Shown: one piece after another, positions 1 to 11,667 of the stretch | How positions within the stretch are numbered: the stretch's first letter is position 1 | Layout of the letters: the number at the start of each line of letters is the position of its first letter | Assembly: GCA_958009085.1 (NCBI GenBank) | Contig: OY253673.1 | Location: 744,001 to 808,000 of the forward strand | Reading direction: 5' to 3' | Length of the DNA: 64,000 bases | Source of the DNA: Protoeuglena noctilucae | Lineage: Eukaryota | The notes under the pieces: generated by a model | Told to the model about the DNA's origin: nothing | Databases searched by the model: none | Seen by the model: only the letters and a program-made list of their open reading frames with translations | Program-made: the position numbers and the translations under genes

Positions 1-841
1 GAGGCCCACCATACATGATGTGTCATTTTCATTTTCCCTATATATCTCCTTATCCACTCGCCTTGGGGTCCACGAGGCCCACCACGGGCAGGAAGACCGT
101 CTGCCGGGTGGAGGTCTTGAGCACGACCGCCTTGCCCTTCCTCTGCGCGTCCAGGTCGATTGCCCCGCCGTCCTCGTCCTCCTCCGGGTCCATGTCCAGA
201 ATCTCCACGATGTTCCCCACCAGATAAGGCAGCTGGTTGTTCAGCTTGATCTTCTCCTTGTTCTCCTTCACTCGATGGTCCAGGCCCTTCAGGTCGTGCT
301 CCAAGCGCTTGCCCTCGTCCTGCCAAATCCGTAACTCGTTCTGCGAAGCGGGAGGCAAGCCGGTCCGGCGACGCGGGGCGCCAGGAAAGCGCAGGGAGCG
401 CGGACACGGATGCAGAGAGCCCTGCGGCGGGCCAAGGCCACGGCAGCGGAAACGAGGGCCGCGATGCGCACAGGGGGCAGTATCGGAGCACTGCAGGGAC
501 CGCGGCTCGCGTGCCCTTCCACAGCGGGCGCGGCAGGGTCCCCGAGACGCTTCGCACGAGGGACGCAGCGCGCAGGGCCGCCGCGGGGGCGCGAGTGCCA
601 CCCTGTCCGCAGATCTCCACTATGATGACTTCCACGAGCGGCGCAGGTTTGGCGCGCAGGTACCCCACGGCCCCTGGTTCCCATTCACGACATTGAAAAC
701 CTGCCCCTGGCCCCGTCCCCGCCAGATCTACTTCCTCACTTGCAAAAGCCTCGTCCTCCTCTCAATGTCCTCCACGGACATGGTCGTGAATTCCTCAGGG
801 AGCTCATCCTGCCCCTCAAACACCGCCTGCTCGATGTCCAT
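1..841 (-). CDS. RPT5: 26S proteasome regulatory ATPase subunit 6A (RPT5), 5' part; continues beyond window start
   Basis: Exon 841-740 reads [34 protein letters not shown]. Exon 340-62 reads NELRIWQDE...[24 protein letters not shown]...[30 protein letters not shown], a hallmark RPT5/TBP-1 N-terminal sequence. Confidence 0.95.
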
Positions 842-1364
842 CCCCGCGTCCCCCAATGCCGATGGGCGCCGCCCCGCGGATAGTCTGGGCCGACCTAGGC
901 CACTGTACGTGTATACTCCACGGCCGGCGGCACTCGAACCGTGGTTCTTGGAGATTTACAGACCTAGGGACCGCAGAAAACCATCAATGGTCGCGTGGGC
1001 TCGTCAGCTGCGTCGTCATAGAGAGCAGTATGCGAGAGGATCTCGAGAAACGCGACTCAGGACGGCCCAGGCGACCTCTGACACCGCGCGTCGCCAGTCG
1101 GGTCGCGTTGCGCCCACAAATGGCCCGCGGGTGGACCTGGCTGCCAGCAAACCGCACGGCTCGTTTCGCGGCTTCCTGGCCGCGCCCCTTACGGCTGCTC
1201 GCGGCCGCCGCAGGGGGTGGGTAGCGCAGCGCAGGCAGCCACCTGGCCATCTGTGGGAGAAGAAGTCCAAGGTTGCAGTCCCGTTTGCATGCATCCGCTT
1301 GTGGGTGCTCCGGGTGGGCAGAGGTGCATCCAGAACTCCCCTGCGCGCGGATCTGGCCATCAAG

Positions 1365-3778
1365 ATGGAAGCAAAGCCAGCCGCCAAGGCCCTGGCGGTG
1401 CCGCTCCTGTCAGAGCACGAGTCGTCCGCGATTATCAAAGCACTGCAATCGGGCCGCGAGAAGGCAAGCGTCCCCCGCGGCCTGCGCGCGGCGCTGACAG
1501 CACTCTCCAACGCGGACAGCCATCCTGCCCCCCGCGCACCGCAGCCCCTCCGCGACGCGGTTCGGGACGCGCATGACGTCATCGCGGGCAGAGGCTACCA
1601 TGTGATGTGCATGGCGTTCGCGTTCCTCGCCTGCAATCTGCCGTCCCTTCGGTGACAACCCGCGCGATCCGCGCCGCAGCAGCCCGCGTGGCCCCGCAGC
1701 TCGCGCTGCCCTCGCCGCGAAGACCCTTATTCGCTTGCTTGCTTTCACCGCAGAGACCGGCTCTCGTGCACCTTCGCCCTGCATGCGCTCGCGTGCCAGG
1801 GCCCCGCCATCCAATCTTCCGGCGCCCAGAGGGCCAGCGGCCCCCTCCCTGCGCCTTCCGTCCGCCCCATCTCCGCAACCGCATGGGACGCTCTGCTGAG
1901 CCTCATCAGCGACGCCAGGTAGGACCTGGGGACCAACCATGCTGTCCGCACCAGCCTAGGTGTGCTGCAAGAGGCCTCTCACGTGTCATTGACGCGTCTC
2001 TCGCCCGCAGGCGGCACATGATCCAGCGCGCGCTGGCGTACAAGCTCCTGCGGGATGACGGGTGGGCCCAGGCGATGGGGTCGCTGACGTCCCGGGAAGT
2101 GGAGGACACGGTGGCGTCGCTGGGCACCGTGGCCATCCCCAGCGATCCCCACGCCGCGCTGGGGTCGCTGTGGGTTTCTGGCATGGGGCTGGCGTCGGGG
2201 GAAGACAGCCTGGCGGCCGGGTGAGCGGGGCCAGTCCCGCAGCTGCCTCGCCAGGGCCGCCGTGCGTCGCCTGCGTTGCGCTTCGGGTTTTGCAGTTACT
2301 CGCCATGCGGCATCGGGCAGCAGTGAGGGCGTTGCGTTGCCAGACACCCCAAGACGTGCTGCGGTGCCACGCAGGAAGGTCACGCATGTGTTCGGGCCCC
2401 CTTCCCAGCCCCATTCAACGAAAGGCGGTGCGGAGAAGAAGGGCTTTGCTACTCCGGGTGGAGGACCGGGCTTGCGGACTGACGGGCCACAGGACCTGGG
2501 TGCTCCTGGGACCCCGGCCTTCGGGACCCTCCCCTGGCCATTGAATGCGGGGGCATCCCATGCGCAAGAGCACCCGCATTCCTCGGGTTTCCTGGCGCGC
2601 GGGCCGCTCTGGGGAAACGCCGGGGCGGCCCCGGCTGCACCACCAGCGGTGGAGACGACGCGGACCGTCTCCCTCACGCCTTGCCTGGCCCGGCCCCGGC
2701 CCCCGCTGGTGAGCGCCGGTGGCGAGCGGGGCTGGCATGCCGCGCGCGACTGGGCCGTTGCGGCTTTTCTGATTGCGTGTGTGCCTGAGTGGGGTGCATC
2801 ACCGCGTTTCCCTGGTCCCGCCTGTCCACCCTTTCTGACCCATGTCATTTCGCCCGCGCTTTCAGCTGCCGGTGACAGCGCGGGAGAGCCTGGCTCTCCT
2901 GGCGGAGTGCTGCGAGCGCCCGCCCCCGCTCTCCGTCGACCCTCGGTTGGGCACCGATTGGGCGGACCTCAAGGCCCTTCGCTCTGCCATGGCCAAGGCG
3001 CTGGACACGACGCTCCTCCCGAAGGGCCAGGCGCTGCTGTTAGAGCAGCTGCAGGGATCCCCCGACCTGGCATCCCAATGCGGCCTCACGCCTGCCAAGG
3101 TGCGCCTGCGACTCTGGCGGCGGTTCGCTGCCCTTGACGCTGCCCTTGCTAGACGCAGTGGACAGCCAGCGCGTCCCGGGCCGCGGCCACACGCGCTCGT
3201 TCATCCGCGCCGCAGATCGTGGCGTTGGTGGAGAACAACCCTGCGCTTGCGATCGAGGTGCTGCGGCTGATGACCGCGGAGGCGCGGGACGCGGGGGTCC
3301 CGGAGCGCATGGCCCCGTGGATTGAGCGGCTCGTGGAGGCGGACATATCGCTCCATTCGATGGAGGTCATCAACTGCCTGGCGGGCGAGGGCGCCCTGAG
3401 TCGCGACCAACTGCGGCGATTCGTCTCCCACTGCATCAGCCAGGCGCGTGCCCGGGGCGCGGAGGTTGCTGTTCGCGACAAGCGCGCCGCTCCTCGCCCC
3501 TCGCGCCGCTCTCACCCCCGCCCCCGCTTTTCGTGCCCCAGTGCGAGCGCGTCGACGAGCGTCGCCAGAACCGTCTGGTGCGACTCGTGTGCGTCTTCCT
3601 GCGCACGCTCATCAAGGCGCGCATGCTCGACGTCGACGGGCTGTTCCTTGAGGCCCAGGCCTTCTGCATCCTATTCGCAAGGTTCAAGGATGCTGCCACC
3701 CTGTACCGCCTCCTCAAGGCGTCGGGGAGCGCCGCCACGAGCCCGCGCGAGTCGCAGGCGCGGGAGGGAGAGGGCTAG
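1365..3778 (+). CDS. CNOT11: CCR4-NOT complex subunit 11 (multi-exon)
   Basis: C-terminal motifs [22 protein letters not shown] and [16 protein letters not shown]...[23 protein letters not shown] match the conserved CNOT11 C-terminal domain. The start ATG at 1365 is inferred. Confidence 0.9.
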
Positions 3779-3848
3779 CAGTGGGAGAGTGCGCTTAGGC
3801 GATTGGAAGGAAGGCCTGGGAGGGGATTGAAGCGAAGCGGGACTCCCA

Positions 3849-5015
3849 TCACTCAGCAACCGGCACGGCCACGTGGGTTCCCTGGCCCTGGCCCGCCCCC
3901 GCCTTGGAGCCCCCCGCGGGTGCGTCGCCCTTCTCTTCTCCCTCATCCCCGTCCCCGCCCGACCCGTCGCCCTCCCCATCCTCGCCCTCCATGTCGCTAA
4001 ACGCGTCCGCGGCCTCTATCAAGCTCTGCTCCACGCACTCCTTGACCATGCGGTTGTACTCGCGCCGATTCTCACTGCGACCGGAACCGAAGCGGCTCGT
4101 CGCGCGGCGGCAGGGGGGTGAACGGGAGGCGCTTGCGATGGGGCGCACGGCGAGCGCACGGCCCTGACCTGAACAGCCGCGCGGCCTCCGTGTTCGCCGG
4201 CGAGTTTGGGTTTGGGTCCGATAGGAGCGATTGGATGGAAGTGAGGATGCCGGAGACGTCGTAGATGGGCGACCACTTGTTTTGGAGGATGTCCAAGCAA
4301 ATGCTCCCGTCCGCGTACACGTTGGGATGAAAGAGCTTGGTGACGAACTTGACCTGGAAGTATTAAGCGGGAATGCAGTGAAGGCCACGATGGCCACGAG
4401 CCAGGAGGCCCACGGCAGGGCCAGCTGTGTCACAACGCTCCAGGGACGGGCAAACGCGGTGCTGTCAAAAGCGTAGTTAGCTGAGACACGGAGAGCGACG
4501 AGCGAAGAGCCGGAAGGTCACCTTGGGTGGCTTGTTTGGATACTCCTCCGAGAACTCAATGGTGAGGCGGAACACACCCCCGTCCCTGCGCGTCCACGGC
4601 AGCGAGGCTCGTATCGTTATCTCCGGAGATAAGGTGCAACATCTGGCAAGGCGCCGGGCTGCGGCCACGCCGCCTGCCGCGAGGAGAGGATATCGGGCGC
4701 GGCGCCGACCTGGACTCCCCCGTCGCCCTCACCAGCACGTGTCCTCGGGCCCGAAAATGATCGCCGTCCATTGCATAATGTTATTAGGATCCGGACTCGC
4801 GTTCACGCCGATGGGCGGGTCCTGCTGCAGCCGCTTGAAGTCATTGACGAGCCTCTGTGGAAAGGGAGACGCAGCGACGACGTCGAGGCGCCGCAGAGCG
4901 GTCGACACCGAGGACAGCAGCAGAGATCACAAGAGAGCCCCATCGTAGACGCCGCAGGGCCTCCGCGCGCGCATTGGCGCTGGAAAGAGCGCACCTTGCG
5001 CGCCTGGGTCGACAT
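3849..5015 (-). CDS. UBC2: Ubiquitin-conjugating enzyme E2, RAD6/UBC2 family (multi-exon)
   Basis: Spliced product [21 protein letters not shown]...[50 protein letters not shown]...[23 protein letters not shown], including the catalytic Cys motif. Confidence 0.95.
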
Positions 5016-5529
5016 GGCGACCCATGCACCCTGGGAGGCGACGCACGCCGGTGAGGTTCTTAAAGCGCAGCTGCAACGATAACCGTGGCCGAAGCCAGGC
5101 TGCGAGACGCCCTGGGAGTGCAGAATGGCTGAGGAACAGCTAGGGTGGACAATATGCAGGTATGTGCGTGGGGCGGATGAAGCAGGAGAACGGGAGGCGC
5201 TTTGGAACCATCGCAACGAGGTACCGAGAAGCTGAGGATGCGCAGGGAACCTGAAACCCGCCCGCCAGAGAATGAAGGGTCTTCCCTGGACGGGGCCTCC
5301 GGGGCCGTGAGTTTACCCAAGTTCCTGACTGTCCAAGTCCAAAGTCGCTGTATTGACTGTTCAAGAGGCAGCGCGATTGCTCTTTGCAATCCAAACCCAG
5401 ACCCCAACAAGCATGGGCTGCTATGCTAGCGCCTTTTAAACCGCCTGTCCTCATGCCCCCCTCGACCCCACCAGCCCCACCACAGCCACCGTCCTCAGCC
5501 AAACCACCGTCCCCAGGCCACGCCAGCAG

Positions 5530-7185
5530 CTATTGTGCCCGCAGCTCCTGCACCTTGCGCATCACCCGCCCCGGCTCCCCACCGGTGTTGACCAGGTCCG
5601 CACCGCGGTCGGCCATCCGCAGCACAGCCCGGGCAACGCCAACACGTTTAGAAAGCGCAGCAACGTATATGGGCGTCAGTCCCCCATCGTTTCGGGCCTC
5701 CAGGTCGGCCCCGGCGTCCACCAGCACATCCACGCATGCAGCGTGCCAGGCCCAGTGCAGGGGTGTGTTGTTGTGCCCGTTGACAGTCTTAACGTCCGCA
5801 CCCGCGGCCAGCAACAGCCGTGTCACCTCCGCAGCCACCCGCTCATCGATGGCACGTGCCATGGCGTAAAAGAGAGGCGTCTGAAGGTCGTTGGTTCGAT
5901 AATGGACGTCCGCGCCCAGGTCAATCAGCGCGCAGACGGCGTTGACGCGACCCTGGCTGCAAGCCAGGTGAAGCGGCGAATGGTTGCCTCCGTCGCCCTG
6001 GACGCTCACCCCACGCGCCGCCAGCCACCGCACCGCCTCCCCCGTCGCAGCGCTGTGCATCACGGTCCATCCCCATCTGTCAGTACCAGTCACGTCGGCC
6101 CCCAGCTCCACCAGGACCTTCATGACGGCCACATTGCCACGACGTGCCGCATTAGAGAGGGCCAGATCTGCACCAGACCCGCTCACTGCGGCACCCGCCT
6201 CCACCAGCCGCCTCACGATGCCCGGCGTCGGAGAGCCAGAGCAAACCCTAGCCAGGGCCTGGTGCCTGCCATCCGACCCGACCGTGGCTGACGCCCCTGC
6301 CTCCAGCAGCGCCTCCACCACCGCCTCGTGACCATGCCTTGCGGCAACCACAAGCGCGGTCTCCCAAACGCAATCCAAGTCGATTTTGTAGCTGCGAGCG
6401 CTACACGAAGCGTCCACCTCCGCCCTCGCTGCCAGGCATGCCATGACCGCCGCCAGGCAGCCCCGCCCCGTGCAGTACGTCATCAGCGGCCATGCCATGT
6501 ACAGCCGCCGGTTGACATCCGCCCCCATCGCCACCGCCACCCGCACCGCCCGCGCCACCTCGTCCCCCAGCGCGTACGCCCACTCCACCTGGCCGTCCGC
6601 CCCGCGCCCCACTGGCCGCCTCGCCCGCACCGCCAACATCAGCGGCGACTGGTCCGGGTGCGGGTCATCAACAGACCCTGGCTGGTCATCAGAATCGTCA
6701 TCTGATGCTGGCTGGTCATCAGACTCGTCATCAGACCCCGGCTGGTCATCAGAATCGTCATCTGATGCCAGCTGGTCATCGCAGACGTCATCCAAGCTCC
6801 AAGAGATCGCGTTAAGGTCCGGCCCCTCCGCCACCAGCAGGGCAAGCCACCACATCCCCAGGCTCGCCAAGTGGTGCGCATGGGACGCATTAAACGCGTA
6901 CACCGCCAGCGGACCAAGGTTGAGCTCCATATGCAGACAACGTTGTCTGACATGCTTGTGGATGGCGCCCCGCTTGTCCTCCTGCGTGGCCCGGATGCCC
7001 CACGCGCTCCACACCTCGTCCACCTCGTCGCGCATCTCCCGCGACACCCCCCGCGCCGCTGTCACGTCGCGCAGCGGCACCAGCCGCAGGATCTCGCGAT
7101 GTAGCTCCCCGGGCAGGTCGTCCCACCCTGCGCGCGCGGCCGGCCCACGCGGGATGCCGCAACGAGGCGGTTGCACCACTGACAT
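5530..7185 (-). CDS. Intronless protein with N-terminal F-box-like motif, acidic repeat and C-terminal ankyrin repeats (551 aa)
   Basis: WDDLPGELHREILRLVPLRDVTAARGVSREMR is F-box-like. Several ankyrin repeats follow (ETALVVAARHGHEAVVEALLEAGA, SPLHLACSQGRVNAVCALIDLGADV, NTPLHWA...LVDAGADLEARNDGGLTPIYVA). The frame is one continuous ORF. Confidence 0.85.
   Translation of the reverse strand: MSVVQPPRCGIPRGPAARAGWDDLPGELHREILRLVPLRDVTAARGVSREMRDEVDEVWSAWGIRATQEDKRGAIHKHVRQRCLHMELNLGPLAVYAFNASHAHHLASLGMWWLALLVAEGPDLNAISWSLDDVCDDQLASDDDSDDQPGSDDESDDQPASDDDSDDQPGSVDDPHPDQSPLMLAVRARRPVGRGADGQVEWAYALGDEVARAVRVAVAMGADVNRRLYMAWPLMTYCTGRGCLAAVMACLAARAEVDASCSARSYKIDLDCVWETALVVAARHGHEAVVEALLEAGASATVGSDGRHQALARVCSGSPTPGIVRRLVEAGAAVSGSGADLALSNAARRGNVAVMKVLVELGADVTGTDRWGWTVMHSAATGEAVRWLAARGVSVQGDGGNHSPLHLACSQGRVNAVCALIDLGADVHYRTNDLQTPLFYAMARAIDERVAAEVTRLLLAAGADVKTVNGHNNTPLHWAWHAACVDVLVDAGADLEARNDGGLTPIYVAALSKRVGVARAVLRMADRGADLVNTGGEPGRVMRKVQELRAQ
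6676..6790. repeat. Coding 30-bp tandem repeat (about 4 copies) encoding DDQxxSDDxS
   Basis: Unit gctggtcatcagaatcgtcatctgatgc repeats with variation inside the ankyrin gene. Confidence 0.85.
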
Positions 7186-7837
7186 CACCAAGCCCTCCCT
7201 CTGCGCGCCCCACCCTCGCGCGGGCCCCTCCGCGTGGCCCTCGACGCTCGCTTGACCTTCGCACCGCCCGGCATCGCGGCCTCGTCTGCGGACACGGCTC
7301 CCGCGCAACGTCCTTGGAGCCGGACGCTTGTTCGGCTCCCAGCGACCGCAGTCGCACCGTCCGAGCCCCGGACGCCTGCTACGTGTTGTCACATCGCTAC
7401 ATGTCACTCACTTGTTGAATAGCTGGCCCGGCCGGCCTCGCACGCGACGAGGCTGATGGGACAGGACGGAACGTGCTGCTGGTCCGACCAACGCAGCGCT
7501 TTCCAATGGCTCGTATGCCTCGCGATGCCAAAAAAGTGAGTGTCCTGTCGCGTTTGCCACAGAACTCAACCGTGGGAAGCTTTAAACTTGCAGGAACTCG
7601 AGGAAGACGCAAGACGCAGTCAGAGCACAGAGTGTCACAGCCGTTGTAGCCCTCCAGGCACCCGTGTCGGGCAGAGATGTTGGAAAGCGAGGTTGCTTGC
7701 AGCGCGGCTTGCTCGAGATGCAGCTTCAAAGCCATCTTTGCTTCGCTGGATCGCAAAAATGAAGGCCTAAGAGCCTTAGATTAGACGCCTGTCGACTGTC
7801 GGCGCGTCACTTTCGACGACCCTTTGCTGGCGCCGAA

Positions 7838-10800
7838 ATGAACCAGGTGGGCGGACGCGGCAGTGATGCGCACTGCTTGAACGCGGCCGCCCGCAGCTGG
7901 GGTGCACGCTGCCGCCCAGAGCCATCGCGACGCTGCGATTGCGCCGCCATCTCGCAGGCCCGACAGACGCCGGTCGGCCAGCACCGGTCGCCCGCAAAAA
8001 CGCCCGCGACGGGGGCGCTTGGCCCTGCGTGCTCTGGGGAGGACGAGATTGAGCCGCCCTCGCCCCCGACCGTGCAAATTACCGGACGGAACGCTAGTAG
8101 AGGAGTCGACTATGCGCCTGTCGACGCTGCTCCGGGCGCATACTCCTCGGCGCCGCGCCCCAGCCAGGGTGCGGTGGGCCAGGGTGGCTCCACGCGCAAA
8201 GCTGCGACCGGCGCCCAGCCGCGTCTCGCCCAGGTGCCGATTCCCGACCCATTCGCGCGTATTGATCGTCGCACCCCCCCCCCCCCCCACCCGCCGCAGC
8301 CTCACTTCGTGACCTCGGCCGCCCCCGCAGCTGCAGCTGCAGCATGCCACGCCCGTCCCGATCCATTTCCCGCGTGACAGCGCTTCCCCGGAGCCGCCGT
8401 GCGCGACCCCCGGCTTTCGCTCGCAGCCGCACGCGCCCCCGGGTCCGGCGCCTGACGCCCGGGGTCCCGCCAGCCCCGGCCGTTGCGGTGAGGCTGGGGG
8501 CCAGGTGGACTGTCCTGGGATCGACGCATTGGGTCTCAATTTGGCTGACGAGGGCGATGAGTCGGACAGCAATTTGGAAAGTTTTAATGGTGATGATGAC
8601 GGGGATGGCGATGGTGATGGGGATGGTGACGGGGCTGGGTTGGGAGGTGGGGAGGGCGAGTCGCCGCCTGGGCCCCTGGTGCAGCCGGGTGATGAGACTG
8701 GGCGTGGGCAGGGTGGGTGCGGTATGGGGTCTATCGTAAATGTTTTGAGATCCAGAAATGGACGGCCGGAGGTGCTGGTTGTGCACGATATTTACGATCT
8801 ACGGTCTGTCTGGGTAGATGATGCAAAAAAGGGCAAAGTAAGCAGTGGGAAGGAGGAAGAGGTGGATGATGTAAAGGAATGGGCGTTGGGTAAAGCCTGG
8901 CTGGCAAGGATGGATTGTGCGAGGCACAAAGGGGTTGATGCTGTAAACATGGGGGCGGGTGATGGGTTGCTGATAAATGGTGGTGGTAGAGGAGAAGGGT
9001 TGATGGATGACGGGAGGCAGAAAGGGGTTGATGCTATAAACAGGGGGCTGCTGATAAATGGTGGTGGTAGAGGAGAAGGGTTGATGGATGACGGGAGGCA
9101 GAAAGGGGTTGATGCTATAAACAGGGGGCTGCTGATAAATGGTGGTGGTAGAAAGGAAGGGTTGGGGAATGAGCGATGGCTGGCCAAAGAAGACGATTTG
9201 GATATAGGATTACAGGGGGGTGATGTGGGCCAAAAAAGATCCAATGCTGTTGTCAGGGAAGCTGAGGGATATCATCATAGTCATCATAATCTAACTACAG
9301 CACATAAAGTGGGTCAAGGAGCTATGCCATTGAGCGTGGAGTGCACAGCTACCAAGGGTGGTGTGCAGAGATTGTGCACTGGAGTGAGCGGGAGTTTTGC
9401 AAATAGGGTGATTGAGCAGGGCAGCAAGGGTGGTGGCAGCGATATCGCAAGGCATGGCGTGGCTGGGTGCAGCGGCGGGGGTGCCCACATGGGGGTGGCA
9501 GAAGTGGGGGAGTTGGGTCAAGGAGATGGGTTAAACAGCCAATCGGATGGGCGGGCTTTGATGGGTGGAGATGACCACTGGGGCGGTGCGTGGGGCGACG
9601 GTGGCGGCTTTGGTGGCGGCGATTTGGGAGATGGGCTGTGGACTGATGAGCGCTCGGTGAGGGGCGCCTGGGTGGCGGAGTGAGGTATTGGGATTGGATG
9701 CCCTTAAACCCTGACTGTCAGTCGTGTTGCCGTGCTCAAACTACTGCTGTCAACGTCCATTCACCTGCATGGATGGCCACTTCACTTGCATAATCCCCAC
9801 ACCTATGCTGTCACTGTCCAGTCATCTGCATCCATAGCCACCTGCATATGCAACCACCTCAGTCCCTCTCGCTCACTCACCCTCCCCGCCCTCCGCGCAG
9901 GTGGACACATCAAGCCCCCACCAGCCCAGCGCGGCTGTGGGCCCTAATGGAGGGGCGGGCTTGAGGCCGCATGTAACGCCGCCACCTCTGCGGGGCAGCA
10001 GCGAGGCGGGCGTGCACGGCAGGGCCCTCGCCACACCGCACGCGACATGCGCCACGAGCAACGTGCATCGATGGGGCAATGACCTGCTCGGCCTGGGCCT
10101 GGGCCTGACTCAGGCCGACGCTGGGGGCGCCAGCGAGGGGTCCGCGTCGGATTCTGACAATGCCGACATGTCAGACTCTGGCGCTGACTCCGGCGCTGCG
10201 TCAGAGTCCTGGGACAGCGAGGGTCTTTACGGGGACTCGGAACCCGAAGCAGACGAGGCGGTTTCTGACAAACGCGAATGTGGGAATGGCATCAATCGGG
10301 ATGGGTTGAGTGGGATGGGGTCAGGCGGTGCAAAGGGCGAGGGTGTGCGGGTGGGGCTGACGTCACTGGGGATCGAAGGGGCACTGCGGAAAGAGCCAAA
10401 AGGCGCGGGGAGGGTGCTGTGCATCTCTAGTGACGACGAGGGGGAGGGCCGCGGGGTGGGGAGGGCCTGGGAGCGTGCGGGGGTGGCGGTGGCACGCGGG
10501 GCGGGTGGGCCGGCGGGTGGCGGTGCGGCGCAGGCAGCGCCAAGCATGCACATGCGCGCGCAGCAGCCGAGCGGGCGGGCGCGCCAGGCGATGATTTTCG
10601 GGGAGATCGGCGCCGCGAGGCCCGGGGCGCCCCCTCAGGCCCCAGCGGGGGGTGTCAGGGCCACCCCTGGTGTCGCTTCTGTGATGGGGCGTGGGGCGGG
10701 GTGGGGCGCGAGACCAGGCCAACCCACGGCGCCCCCGCCCGCGGCTCCGGTCGACGTCGATGACGATGACTATGACGCGGACCTGATGGCTCAGCTGGAC

Positions 10801-11244
10801 AGGCCACTGCGCGCCCGGTCAGCCACTGCGCGCCACAACCACAGCAACCGTGGCACGTCTCACGCCCGCCAGTTTGGCGGCGGTCCCGGGAGCCCCGGGC
10901 GCGCGGGCGGCTTCGATCCGGCGGCGTTTGACGCGGGTGATGACGAGGATGAGGACGTGCCTGAGGCTCTGAGGGGGCTGGCACTGAGGGCGGGGGGTGG
11001 GGGTGGCGGTAGGCGAGGGGCGGGAGGGCTGTTGGGAGGGGCGAAGAGCGGGCGGTGGGAGAAGCGCGGGGACAAGAACGTGTTTATCCTCGATACGGGG
11101 GTGGAGCTGACCGGGCAGGAGGCCTATCGCGCCCACTTGCGGCTGAACAAGGGCGGGGGCGGGCGCAAGGGCCGAGCGAGGGCGGGTAAAGGGAAGGGGG
11201 CCAAGCGGGTGGCTAAGGAGGGCAAAGCGAGGGTGAAGAAATAG
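7838..11244 (+). CDS. Hypothetical low-complexity protein (about 1000 aa) with short C-terminal motif GRWEKRGDKNVFILDTGVELTGQEAYRAH
   Basis: Phase-compatible exons at about 7838-8233, 8331-9656 and 9901-11244. From recollection, the C-terminal motif resembles that of uncharacterised plant proteins (unverified). The start is uncertain. Confidence 0.55.
8928..9165 (+). repeat. 81-bp tandem repeat (about 2.7 copies) encoding KGVDAINRGLLINGGGRGEGLMDDGRQ
   Basis: Near-identical copies of aaaggggttgatgctataaacagggggctgctgataaatggtggtggtagaggagaagggttgatggatgacgggaggcag. Confidence 0.9.
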
Positions 11245-11667
11245 GGCAAGGGAAGGGTGAAGAAGGAGGGCAAAGGCAAAGGGGCTGGGGGGGAGAAGGG
11301 GGCCGGTCGCAAGCGCGCGGCGGCTCCCGACGGTCAGTGGGTGAAGCGAGTCAAGCGGGAGTGAGGGCTGGCAGACGGGGATGGGGTGGGCTGGTAGAGG
11401 TTGCGCTGTGGTTTAGTGTTGCTGTCCTTTTTGCTTTTCTTGAACAAGCGGTGGTTTCTTTGCTGAAGCAGTGCTTGCTCATGCATGAGCGTGTACAAGC
11501 GACACGGCACAGTCATACAATCATAGCAAAGGAAGGGGCTACCATGCACGAATCAGCTGCCTCTCAGCAACGCAACACCCACTCCCGCTCCCGCACCCAC
11601 TGCTCTCCCACCCACTCCTGCCCTCGCACCTACTCCCGCTCCCGCACCCACCCCCACCCTCGTACCC

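Noticed and set aside
11242..11244. TAG reassigned to an amino acid (non-standard code as in some ulvophytes)
   Set aside because: TAG and TAA end conserved genes here at plausible positions (CNOT11, PSRP3, CDK), and no in-frame TAR codons were seen in conserved domains.
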